Source: Cenococcum geophilum (Eukaryota). Taken from it: a stretch of DNA of 64,000 nt. Shown here one piece after another: positions 23,429 through 33,738 of this stretch (positions are counted from its first letter, which is position 1; every line of letters starts with the position of its first letter). The notes under the pieces were generated by a model. It saw nothing but the letters and a program-made list of their open reading frames with translations. It did no database searches and was not told where the DNA came from. Position numbers and translations under genes: made by a program. The DNA is taken from the NCBI GenBank assembly GCA_050273025.1, contig CP158635.1, positions 4,092,001-4,156,000 of the forward strand, read 5' to 3'.

Positions 23429-23869
23429 ACGGCGTGGACAAAGGAGGCCGGTGCATTGAGTGAGAATATATTACACCTGAGGCCCAACCTATTATTAATT
23501 AAAGATGTTCGAGAGTGAAGTGATCAGGGCGTTATATTTAGATGTTAAGAACTTGGTTTCCATTGTTATGTATCAATAGTGTTACCTTTGTGCTTTAGTT
23601 TTCCTTTACCCGCAGATAGATACGTAGTATTCTTTATTTTATTATATTTCTTATCGGGTTGAGAGTTAATTATTTTCGGACAGGATCCGGACAGTAACTC
23701 GTGGCAGTACTTTACTGTCCGAATCTTCTGCCAAGCTAGTGGCCTAGCAGGCGGGCGGTAAAGGAGGCTAAGGCACTACCTCTTATCTATGAGTAGTTAA
23801 ATTCAGCCCTTCTACTTCTATTTTTACCCTTATCTCCGCTCCCTCTTATGCTCTACACGTATTCCTATG

Positions 23870-24010
23870 CAAGAGAGACGCAAGCAGAGACGCAAGCAGA
23901 GACGCAAGCAGAGACGCGGGTAGAGACAGGCAGGGACGTGGGCAGAGACACGAGCAGAGACACGAGCAGAGATATGGGTAGAGACGCAGGCAGGGACACG
24001 GGCAGAGTTA
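23870..24010. repeat. 12-bp minisatellite (GAGACGCAAGCA / GAGACACGAGCA variants)
   Basis: About 11 degenerate tandem units, 3' of the ankyrin gene. Confidence 0.85.
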
Positions 24011-24201
24011 AGAGAGAAGCAGTAGAAAAGGGTAGGAAAGGGGAAATGAATCGAAGCGCACACACTTTTGAACTGGAGCAAAGAGACGCTCTTGCGCGCC
24101 GCCGCGCCAAAACAAATAATAAACTTAAGACGAGCAAAGAGCATGCTACTTGCAAACCATATATAAGAGGAATAAAAGCCACAAGCAGAAAGTGGACGAG
24201 G

Positions 24202-26835
24202 TCAAGTAAAAAGGTGCCGTTCTAGCAATGCTACACCAGCTTTCCACCCGCGTCTCTTCGCATGGTCTAGCGGCGTCATACCATTATTATCCTTCAATTT
24301 GGGATCAACCTTGTTCGTTCCTAGGAGCAACTCCAACATTTCTCGCCTTCTATAGGTCCGTGCTGCTACTGCTTCACTTAGCAGTGTCAACCCTTTATTA
24401 CTCTTCGAGTTGGCCTGAACATCGTCACGCGCTAGCAGCAGCTGCGCTACCTCCATTTGCCCTCCCCGTACCGCTTGCAATAGCGGCGTTGAACCGTCTC
24501 TGTTCTTGGAGTTGACGTCAACCTTGCCCGTTGCAAGGAGAAGTTCTACTATCTCCTTGTGTCCACGATCCACTGCCGTGAATAGCAGCGCCTTACCCCG
24601 CTCACCCGCCACATCAATATCATCCTTGCGTCTTGCTAGGAGTAGCTCTACTATCGATGCGCGAGCACTTCCCAATCCGTAACCCCCCACCGCCAACCAT
24701 AGTGGTGTTGGTCCTTCTTCGTCCTTCGAGTTGGGGTCGACCTTGTTCGTTGCGAGGAGTAACTCTACTATCGCCTTTCTCCCTTTCTTCGCCGCTAATG
24801 ATAGCGGCGTTGATCCTTTTTCGTCCTTTGAGTTAGGGTCGACCTTGTTCGTTGCGAGGAGTAACTCCACTATCTCCCCTCTTCCTTCTTCCACCGCTAC
24901 TGATAGCGGTGTTAATCCTTTTTCGTCCTTTGAGTTGGGGTCGACATTGTTCGTTGCGAGGAGTAACTCTACTATCGCCTTTCTCCCTTTCTTCGCCGCT
25001 AATGATAGCGGCGTTGATCCTTTTTCGTCCTTTGAGTTGGGGTCGACCTTGTTCATTGCGAGGAGTAACTCCACTATCTCCCCTCTTCCTTCTTCCGCCG
25101 CTAATGATAGCGGTGTTAATCCTTTTTCGTCCTTTGAGTTGGGGTCGACATTGTTCGTTGCGAGGAGTAACTCTACTATCGCCTTTCTTCCTTTCTCCCC
25201 CGCTAATGATAGCGGCGTTCTGCCGTATGTGTCCTTTAAGTCTACATTAACTTTATTTGTCGCGAGGAGTAGTTTTACTATTGATTCATGCCCTCCCGCC
25301 GCCGCTTGCGATAACGGTGTTTGACCAAACTGGGCTCTTGTGTCAATCTCAGAGTTGTCGCGTGCTAGGAGCAGTTTCACGATAGACTCGAAGCTTCCCG
25401 CCGGTTTCCATCTTCCCTCCGCTGCCCACTTTTCTGGTGACCACGTTGAGTAACTTGGGTCAATCTTTTCACATAACCCCTGTCCACTTGCCGCCCACGA
25501 AAGCGGAGTTTGATTGCACTTATCCCTCGAGTTCACGTCAACATCGTCGCGATCTAGTAGTAGCTGTACTATAGATCTACGCCCCCCCTTTGCCGCCCAT
25601 ATTAGTGGTGTCCGACCATGGTTATCTTTTGAATCAGCTTCAACGTCGCCGCACGCTAGTAATAGCTTTACTACTCCCTCGTGCCCTCCTGCCGCCGCAA
25701 ACGATAGCGGTGTCCAATTGAATCTATCCTTTGCATCAGGGTCCACGTCACTTCTCGAGAGTAGTAGTTTTACTACCCCTTCGCACCGTCCTACTGCCCA
25801 CCACAGCGGCGTCCAGCCCAACGTATCTCTCGAGTTAGCGTCAACATTATCTATCGTTAGTAGTAGCTGTACGACTGCCTCATGTCCTCCATCTGCCGCC
25901 CATGATAGTGGCGTCCGGCCATCATTGTCCCTAGAGTCAACCTCGACTTCGCCCCGGGTCAGTAACTGCTCAATTACAGCTTTATGCCCTCGTCCAGCTG
26001 CAAAGGATAGAGGCGTTCGACCATTACTATCCTTTGAGTCGGGCTCAACGTCATGCCGTGCTAGTAGTAGCATTACTACTGTTACGTAGCTTGCCCCTCC
26101 CGCCCATTTCCCCTCTGCCGTCCATTTCTCCTCTATCTTCCGTCGTTGCCCAGAAAGATAATGGGTCTCCCCTGACACACTTCTATGCCAAACCCCATGC
26201 GCTGCCCAAGATAACGGAGTCCGAAAATTCTTGTCATTTGAGTCGGCTTCCACGTCATTTCGAGCCAGTAGCAGCTTTACTATTGACTGATAGCCTCCCA
26301 TTGCCGCCCACGAAAGTGGCGTCCGGTCGTTATCGTCCTTAGAGTCAGCTTTAACTTCCCTCCGGGCCAGTAGCCGCTCAACTATTGCCTTATGACCACC
26401 CCCAGCTGCAAATGATAACGGCGTTCGACCGTCATTGTCCTTTGAGTTGATATCAACGTTATCATGGGCTTGCAGCAGCGCTACTATAACCTCCTGCCCT
26501 CCGCCAGCCGCAAATGACAACGGTGTCCGACCGTAGTTATCCTTCGAGTCGGGCATGATGCTGTCATTCACCAGCAGCAGTTTCACTACCCCTTCTTGCC
26601 CAAAAATTGTGGCGTTGTGGAGAATCGATCTTCCATAATTGTCTCTTGCCATAATGTTGGCCTCTCCATTTAAAAGTGACTGCACCATATCTTCATTCCC
26701 ATTCATTGCGGCCACGTGCAGCGCTCTTATCTCTGCGTCCAGCTTTGTCTTGATGTCCGTCCCATGGTCAGGTGGTAATCGTACTGTTGAGTTGTACCCA
26801 TGAACCCCTGCTAGTGCCAAGCTCAAATGCTTCAT
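24202..26835 (-). CDS. Ankyrin repeat protein (about 20 or more repeats)
   Basis: 877-aa ORF of GRTPLSxAAxxGxxxIVxLLL repeats; near-identical 102-bp units at ~24720-25215. Confidence 0.92.
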   Translation of the reverse strand: MKHLSLALAGVHGYNSTVRLPPDHGTDIKTKLDAEIRALHVAAMNGNEDMVQSLLNGEANIMARDNYGRSILHNATIFGQEGVVKLLLVNDSIMPDSKDNYGRTPLSFAAGGGQEVIVALLQAHDNVDINSKDNDGRTPLSFAAGGGHKAIVERLLARREVKADSKDDNDRTPLSWAAMGGYQSIVKLLLARNDVEADSNDKNFRTPLSWAAHGVWHRSVSGETHYLSGQRRKIEEKWTAEGKWAGGASYVTVVMLLLARHDVEPDSKDSNGRTPLSFAAGRGHKAVIEQLLTRGEVEVDSRDNDGRTPLSWAADGGHEAVVQLLLTIDNVDANSRDTLGWTPLWWAVGRCEGVVKLLLSRSDVDPDAKDRFNWTPLSFAAAGGHEGVVKLLLACGDVEADSKDNHGRTPLIWAAKGGRRSIVQLLLDRDDVDVNSRDKCNQTPLSWAASGQGLCEKIDPSYSTWSPEKWAAEGRWKPAGSFESIVKLLLARDNSEIDTRAQFGQTPLSQAAAGGHESIVKLLLATNKVNVDLKDTYGRTPLSLAGEKGRKAIVELLLATNNVDPNSKDEKGLTPLSLAAEEGRGEIVELLLAMNKVDPNSKDEKGSTPLSLAAKKGRKAIVELLLATNNVDPNSKDEKGLTPLSVAVEEGRGEIVELLLATNKVDPNSKDEKGSTPLSLAAKKGRKAIVELLLATNKVDPNSKDEEGPTPLWLAVGGYGLGSARASIVELLLARRKDDIDVAGERGKALLFTAVDRGHKEIVELLLATGKVDVNSKNRDGSTPLLQAVRGGQMEVAQLLLARDDVQANSKSNKGLTLLSEAVAARTYRRREMLELLLGTNKVDPKLKDNNGMTPLDHAKRRGWKAGVALLERHLFT

Positions 26836-26851
26836 TGAACCCTTCCACTCG

Positions 26852-27235
26852 TCAAGTGACTGGTTGTAAAGTGAGTGGTTTGTGTTCTGAATTTCTTGGC
26901 GTTCGCTGCTCTTTAGGCCGTGGGCGGCACGCAGATGCCTCTTTAAATTATCCTTACGAGAGGCTCCTGTAAACGTACATCCAGGCGATTTGCAGTAAAA
27001 TTTCGGCTCGATACCTTGATGTTTTGATCTGTGCCGATCAAGGTCGGGCTTTCGCCCAAATGCTTGGGGGCATTTATCGCAGCGGTACGGTCGACGGTGA
27101 GTATTATAATGTCGGCTACGGTAAAAAGAGCATTAGTTTTTTTAGCTTTTCCAGCGTAGCACCGGTGAATTACTTCAGTGTTCCTCGTGTAGGGAAGGTT
27201 TTGTTGCAGAATTCGCACTCGTGAAGCCCTTCCAT
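26852..27235 (-). CDS. Three C2H2 zinc fingers directly upstream of the ankyrin ORF (intron 27116-27173); probable frameshifted N-terminus of that gene
   Basis: Spliced translation: MEGLHECEFCNKTFPTRGTLNRHYNTHRRPYRCDKCPQAFGRKPDLDRHRSKHQGIEPKFYCKSPGCTFTGASRKDNLKRHLRAAH...QPVT*. Absent from the ORF track. Confidence 0.8.
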
Positions 27236-27391
27236 ATTCGACTACGAAGTGATTTTTTGCGCGTGTTCAAGTAAGCAGGAGTCAATCAAAATATTACATA
27301 TAAAAGTCAATAGCCCGCCCTTCCTGGAGAATTTATTTTGGCGGTTCCATTTTGGCTTTGGTGTAGTGAACCTCGCATACCTCCATGCTGA

Positions 27392-27427
27392 TGGTTGGTT
27401 GGTTGGTTGGTTGGTTGGTGGTTGGTT
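27392..27427. repeat. (TGGT)n microsatellite
   Basis: About 8 TGGT units. Confidence 0.85.
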
Positions 27428-27699
27428 CTTTCATTTGGCTGTCTATAAGCCACGTCAATGTCAATGCTAACCTCTTACCGCGTTTCGACGGTGCCCCGCA
27501 CCTCTCGACCATCCGATTAGTCGAGAATTACGCCCTGTAGATGGAGTGGCAGCGATGAAAATTTATGCAGGTTAGCCCAAATATTTAGAAGAGTATTCCC
27601 ACCTCCCTCTTCGAAAGACGTTTGGTGGTTAAACGCGACTCCCTCGAAATTTCTCTGCTTCTCTAGCCCTTGAAATTTCACCGATTCGACACTTTCGGA

Positions 27700-27780
27700 G
27701 CCCTCCTAACGCCCTCCTGATGCTCCTGACGCCCTCCTAACGCCCTCTCGACGCCCTCCCAACGCCCTCCCGACGCCCTT
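27700..27780. repeat. 11-bp tandem repeat (GCCCTCCTAAC variants)
   Basis: About 6-7 degenerate units. Confidence 0.75.
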
Positions 27781-27901
27781 CGTATGTTCTTCTGACGTGT
27801 CATCTCACTGCAAGATGTCAAATACGATGAACGAGGATTTCACACGGCTATTTACGGAACCCGATATTACGTAGGGTTTTTTTTTTACTGCGCTAACGCA
27901 A

Positions 27902-29228
27902 GGACGCCTCAACGTTAGTTCCGGTGAACGAGAACTTCGGCTCACGTTACTCTCGCTTCCCCGGATTTACGATAGCCATGACGTCACTGTTGTAAACGAG
28001 AGCCGGCCCAGCCCTATCCCCTTCCTACCTCCCCAGGTCCGCAATAGCTATCAGCTCGCTGCTGCAAATGGGAACCAGCTTAGCCATAACCTCTTCCCAC
28101 CTTCCCAGGCCCATGATAGCTACCAGCTTGCTGCTATAAACGGAAGCCAGCTTGACCCTGCCTTCTTTCCACCTCCCCAGGTCCATAGCAACAATCAATT
28201 CTCTAACGCAAACGGAACCCAGCTCAATCCCACTCTCTTCCCATCTCTCCAGGTCTATAATGGCTCCCAGTTTGCCGCTACAAATGAAGTCCAGTCTAGC
28301 CCGACCTTCTTCCCTCCTCAGGCCTGTAGCGGCTCTCAGTTCACTGCTACAAATGAAAGCCAGTTCAGCCAAACCCTACCTTCTCAGCTGTATAATGGTT
28401 CTCAGTTTGCTGCTGAAAATGAAGGCCAATCCAACCCGACCTTCTTACCTCCTCAGGCCTGTAGCAGCTCTCAGTTCACTGCTACAAATGAAAGCCAGTT
28501 CAACCAAACCTTCTTACCTCACCAGGCCTATAATGGCTTTCAGTTTGCCGCTACAAATGAAGGCCAGTCTAACCCGACTTTCTTACCTCAGGCCTATAGC
28601 AGCTCTCAGTTCACTGCTACAAATGAGAGCCAGTTCAACCAAACCTTCTTACCTTCCCAGGTTTATAATGGCTCTTAGTTTGCTGCTGCAAATGAAGGCC
28701 AGTCCAATCCGACCTTCTTCTCACCCCCTAAGGCTCATTATGCCTCTCAGCTCCCTGCCGTGAGGATAGACCGAAGTGTAGGGTATGTTGCATAACGAAT
28801 TTTTTTTACACCCCTTAGTTTTGACATATCAAATTCACCCGCAAGCGTTAGTTGCATTAAAAAAAGTAATCGTCACTTTCACATAGTTTTTTTTTGAGAT
28901 AGATACCCCTTTAGACTCTTGGACTTGGCTAACCAATCCTATATCAAACAGCCCGTCTACTGCTATCACTACCAGTGGTAACACTACGACCGCAAGTCCT
29001 AGAAAGCAAGCAAGCCGCTTTATATGCAACCATGGTGGTTGTCACAAAAGCTTCAGTCGCCGTTATGACCTCCAGCGCCACCATGAAGTACATTCACCCT
29101 TACATGCCTATTGGTGCCGTGCTCAAGGTTGTAAGAGAAATGAGGCGGCCATCGGCGCGAAGCCTTTCCCGCGCAAGGACAAGAGGGATGAACATGAGCG
29201 GAAGGTCCATCCCAGTACAACTCAATAG
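27902..29228 (+). pseudogene. Protein with about 12 tandem 20-21-aa Q/N/S/F-rich repeats and C-terminal C2H2 fingers; one in-frame TAG
   Basis: A Met-less frame reads (SQFTATNESQFNQTFLPPQAYNG)n; TAG at 28676-28678 where sister repeats have CAG; after an intron (~28780-28902) FICNHGGCHKSFSRRYDLQRHHEVH..YWCRAQGC..FPRKDKRDEHERKVH, stop 29226-29228. 5' exons and exact splice sites uncertain. Confidence 0.7.
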
Positions 29229-29847
29229 TTTTACGAAGAGCAAGATTCCGGAGCAAGGCGAAGATGATTAGAAGCGAGGGATACTCTGAGCAACGAGCGA
29301 CAGAGCAGATGGAGGAGGTGGAGCATAGTAAGAGCACACTAGGAAATTTGTGGGCTTTTGGGGACTATGCGCTTTTGCGTATAGGGGCGTGGGGGGGTAT
29401 TTTGTTGAAAGGACAGAATGGACTCTTCAGCCAAATTGGATTGTTATATGTTTCGCTCTCTTCGCTGTTCAACTCACACTCTCTAAGCTACACAGCTATT
29501 CTCTTAGATCCAGCACAACCCACCCAATATAGTTCCACGGTTTACTCTCATGCATATTATTTGCCCGATCCCCTTTCATGCAGGCATTGTTTTGATGGGT
29601 CTCTTGTAAAAGGCTATGAAGACTATGGTAATGGTATTGCCGGGTGGATAATACGGCAGGTAGTCGGACTATTAAGCCTCCTTTCGCAGTTGAATGTCAT
29701 AATCTACGGAAACCGAGTTGAAGATAAATGCATTGAATCATGCGATACGTACCGACAAAACCAGCTAGTAGTTTTATAGAAAAAGAGAGTATATAGAAGT
29801 GGAAAGGAACGTGCACGAAGTTGTAAAGAGAACGGAATGAGCCACAA

Positions 29848-29976
29848 GTACCAGAGCATCCAGACACGCTAACCGCCATAGTCAACGTTGTGTTAGTAAT
29901 GAAGATCAAGGGCAAGTATGAAGAAGCCGAAGCAATGTATCGGCAAGCATTGAAAGGCTGGGAGAGAGGGGCTTAG
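29848..29976 (+). pseudogene. Single TPR repeat remnant (type found in fungal NLR / kinesin-light-chain-like proteins)
   Basis: VPEHPDTLTAIVNVVLVMKIKGKYEEAEAMYRQALKGWERGA*. Confidence 0.7.
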
Positions 29977-30516
29977 GTCGGAGGCCTTCAACTGGTCTTG
30001 TTCCATTAAAGTTTGAGAATGCATAATCACGAATATACCCACAGCATAATATCTCATATTAGAGATGTACCTAGGTAAACCTTGTAAAGCGGTGCTACCT
30101 TTTACCAACAGTCCGTGTTTATACAGACCCTTCCCGTAACTCGTGTTACTTCTAAGTGTTAGCTAGTAATATGCAGCCGGGAGAGCGTTGTTCCATGAAA
30201 AGTGTGCCCCCGGCTAACTATAATTTTCTTGGTTCTGCTACTTTTGTTAAGGTTACTAGGAGAGGCCGCCAAAGTCTACCAACTACCGGTAGAATTCCAA
30301 GGAAAATTTGTGGGTTTAAATGGAAGTAAGAAAGGATGGTTTTCCTGCTCCCGAAAAATTAGCCACCTATATCCCGCTCTTCCGGCTGACTGACTCTTAC
30401 ACCACTGACGTTATCATCTTGAAAAATTTTGTATATTCCTTCAAAACCATATAGAAATGCCTTCGTGGCCACCTAGTGCCCCCGAGAGATGCAAGCACCT
30501 TATTTCATGTGTTTAG

Positions 30517-31866
30517 ATGGATAAACAAGAGTTGGAGCGGCTGGCGTCGGATAATCCGGCCGGGACCGTTCCCGCTAGCCAGACAGTTTCTCGTGGAAAA
30601 TTACAACGCCAAGTATCGAACCGTCAAGCCGTCGAGTCCTCAAACCCTTCCGGTGAGCAAGGGACAGTTATTGAAAAACCGCCACAGCAGCTAACAAAGT
30701 ACGACGTGGGATGGCGGCGGGTTGTACGCAATTTCAGTCCGTCATGGTTCTCGGTCACGATGGGCACCGGAATTGTGTCAATTCTTCTCATCGCTATTCC
30801 TTTCAAATCCCGCTGGCTCTACTGGATTTCGGTTTTCTTTTTCGTCCTGAATACGCTACTTTTCTCTGTCGCTTTCCTTACTTCGGTGCTCCGCTACACC
30901 TTGTACCCGGAAATCTGGTCCGTCATGATTGCAGATGAAACCAACTCACTCTTCCTTGGTACAATCCCTATAGGCTTCGCCACGCTGGTGGAATGTTGGA
31001 TCTTCCTTTGTGTCCCTTCCTGGGGGGCGTGGTCAATCACCTTCGCTTGGACTTGTTGGATGATTGACTGCGTCGTAGCAGCCGCCGTAACAGTTTCGCT
31101 CACCGTTCTACTTATATCGAAATCGCATCAACAACCCCTTCACCATATCACAGCAGCTCAGCTTCTCCCAATTGCAGCTACGATCGTCGCAGCAGGTACT
31201 GGCGCTGAAGTTGCTGAGGTGCTTCAGAATCCTGACCACGCTTTGGGAACACTGATTGCATCTTACGTGATGTGGGGCATGGCTACTCCTTTGGCAATGG
31301 CGGTGCTGGTCATGTACTACCAACGTCTTGCGCTCCATAAATTGCCCCCACGCGAAGTAGTGGTGTCGTCCTTTCTTCCTCTTGGGCCTCTTGGCATGGG
31401 TGGCTACACGATCATGTATCTCGGCAAGGTTTCTCGGGAGGTGTTCCCGCGTGTAGAATTCTTTCATAACCTCGTCATCGCAGGCGACGTTGTGTACATC
31501 CTTGGAGCCTTTGTCGCACTAATCATGTGGGGTTTTGGACTGATGTGGCTCGCATTTGCGCTTGCTACAATTTACAAGTCTCGGCCGTTCCCATTTAACA
31601 TGGGCTGGTGGGGATTTACATTTCCATTGGGCGTTTTTGCAGTGAGCACGATCGAGTTTGGAGTAGAGATGCCCAGCTTGTTCTTCAGGGTCTTAGGAAC
31701 GATTTTCAGTGTGGCGGTCATAATATTGTGGATGGTCGTTGCTGTGGGCACTGCCAAAGGTGCGTGGAGTGGGAGGCTCTTTTATTCACCATGTTTAGCA
31801 AATTTGAAGAAAGAAGAGAGACAACCAAAAGGAGTAGAGGATAGGGAAAAGGAGGCGTCGAAGTGA
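30517..31866 (+). CDS. TDT/SLAC1-family anion transporter (Ssu1 sulfite efflux / Mae1 malate transporter-like)
   Basis: RNFSPSWFSVTMGTGI, SLFLGTIPIG, SFLPLGPLG, FNMGWWGFTFPLG; about 10 TM segments; intronless. Confidence 0.92.
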   Translation: MDKQELERLASDNPAGTVPASQTVSRGKLQRQVSNRQAVESSNPSGEQGTVIEKPPQQLTKYDVGWRRVVRNFSPSWFSVTMGTGIVSILLIAIPFKSRWLYWISVFFFVLNTLLFSVAFLTSVLRYTLYPEIWSVMIADETNSLFLGTIPIGFATLVECWIFLCVPSWGAWSITFAWTCWMIDCVVAAAVTVSLTVLLISKSHQQPLHHITAAQLLPIAATIVAAGTGAEVAEVLQNPDHALGTLIASYVMWGMATPLAMAVLVMYYQRLALHKLPPREVVVSSFLPLGPLGMGGYTIMYLGKVSREVFPRVEFFHNLVIAGDVVYILGAFVALIMWGFGLMWLAFALATIYKSRPFPFNMGWWGFTFPLGVFAVSTIEFGVEMPSLFFRVLGTIFSVAVIILWMVVAVGTAKGAWSGRLFYSPCLANLKKEERQPKGVEDREKEASK

Positions 31867-33132
31867 GATAGAATATTTTAGCTCAGAGATTCAGAAACTA
31901 GAAAGAGAATGGCAATGAGGAAAGTAAGATTCTGCAGTAGTCCAGCTTCGCAAAGCTTTAGGGTGTACTATAAGAATGCTCGAATCATGAAATTCGGTTC
32001 CATACCAACAGGGCAGTTGCCTTACACCCAATGTTTATTAGAAATCGCATCAAACGCCTCGTCAATCCAACCCGGATATGCCATATCCCTCGGTTCTTGT
32101 GTAGGTCTACTAGGAGAAGATCTCTCGAGTCCCTATCGTCGACGCCCAGATACCCTGTTTTGTATTTGTCGTATCCATATCCAGCCAAGGGTTGGTCTGG
32201 TCCCTCCCCATATCCATGCACTACTCGAGTTTGGAGCATTTTTGTGAAGGACTAATAATCCGTAACAGTCGAAATGGGGAAGTTGACAGGAAATTAAAAA
32301 AAGCGTTATAAACGAAAGTACTGAACTTCAGCACAGTCTGAAGTCCTTGATGGAAAAATTTAACGCGGAGAGTAGTGTTTCGTACACGTGGAGGGACGAG
32401 GAGTGTAATGGCCAAACTCCTTCATAGCTTAGTTATGATGTCAGTGGCCCTAGTCCGTCCAGCATGGTTAGGCTATAGTGGAGTATCGTGCAAAAGCGCA
32501 GCAAAGGGTCCATAGCTGTTGATCCTTCTCTCCCAGCTGGCTTATCTAGGATGGTTAAGCCTTTGACAAGGCGAGGAAGCGTTTTCCAAGCCGATGGAAT
32601 TGCGCATAAACTTCTCCAAATAGCAGGGCTAGGGACTTTCCGATCGTGGCACAGCCAAATCCTGGAGATGGTCTGTAGGTTGTAGCCGTGCTGATCCCGG
32701 AACCAACATTGGGGGCGGTAACGAGCCAGCTGCTATACCTAATAGAGGAAGCTGTGCGAGGCCAATCAAAGCTCACTAATGAACAAGCTTCTGGTGCACA
32801 TATCCACGAAATGCTTAGTGGAGACCTTGTATCAAGGGGAATTGCCTTGACCGCACGGACTTCGGCGTCGCCAGCCTCCCTGTCCATTTGAGCTAAGATT
32901 ACGCTCGCCCTTCTGCAGGAAGGAGAACCACCAATAACGAGTTCGGGAAACGTGCTGCCGGGCCAGGAATTTGTCTGTGGCAGCATGCTGCGAAGAACAC
33001 ATATGCCCCTCACCGGTCGCTGTTCATCGTCACGCATTCCGGTCCACTCCAGTTGCTAATTTCGACTTTTAATTTTCAATTTCGCCCGACTGCTTAGTTA
33101 TATCCTCCGCGCACCCTCATACACGAAGCACA

Positions 33133-33738
33133 ATGATAATAACCGCTCGGTATGTGTACAAGAAGTACAAGAAGCACAAGCAGACAAAAGAAGCAGCTCT
33201 TGCAAACGACTCCGCGAATCATGATCAAGTCGTTCAAGGCACAATGGATGAAATCGCAAACACGCCGGCCGAGGAACTGTGTGTGGACACAGCATCCCCT
33301 TCAGATCCACCGCCAGGATACTCAAGTCTTGATAAAGCTTCGCATTCCTCTCCAGCATTGAATCCAGGGCTCAATGAGAATACTGCTTTTTGGCCGCACC
33401 CTCATCAGCCTCAGATTTCCGCTGTTCCACCTACTTCTCCATCACCTATGTCCTCGATACCTATGTCTCCAGCAGGCCTACCCCAGCAGCCGCCGACAGA
33501 GATCGAGGTGCGCGGAAAGTGGATATGGATACCCGAAACCAATCCAGCACCGAATGTCTCGGAAAGTAAATCTCAGTATAATCCACATGATCAAGGCCTA
33601 GTGATTGCGGAGCTGCCAGCTTGTGGTACACCAAAAGAGATGGCCGTCACATCCACATCGCCTAACGAGGAAGACGAACTTGATGGCATTCCTGAACTTG
33701 ATGGGACACTCGTTACGGATAAACAAAAGATTAACTAG
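33133..33738 (+). CDS. Hypothetical Pro-rich protein
   Basis: 201-aa ORF with a basic N-terminus (YVYKKYKKHK), PPPGY and terminal AELP/ELDG motifs; no recognisable domain. Confidence 0.55.
   Translation: MIITARYVYKKYKKHKQTKEAALANDSANHDQVVQGTMDEIANTPAEELCVDTASPSDPPPGYSSLDKASHSSPALNPGLNENTAFWPHPHQPQISAVPPTSPSPMSSIPMSPAGLPQQPPTEIEVRGKWIWIPETNPAPNVSESKSQYNPHDQGLVIAELPACGTPKEMAVTSTSPNEEDELDGIPELDGTLVTDKQKIN

Noticed and set aside
23830..24225. Three ORFs of 104-125 aa
   Set aside because: They are open only because of the stop-free 12-bp minisatellite.
27980..28760. Regular ~60-bp periodicity as a CRISPR-like array
   Set aside because: Whole units are degenerate coding tandem repeats with no unique spacers, and the context is eukaryotic.
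28152..28763. 203-aa ORF-track protein (LLQMKAS repeats) and antisense 28025-28372
   Set aside because: Shadow frames of the 60-bp repeat; another frame gives the coherent repeat protein leading toward the C2H2 exon.
31985..33037. Minus-strand fragments with faint kinase-like words (FGEVY, RAVKAI, LNHP)
   Set aside because: Motif order is inconsistent and there is no HRD/DFG; a call cannot be supported without a search.
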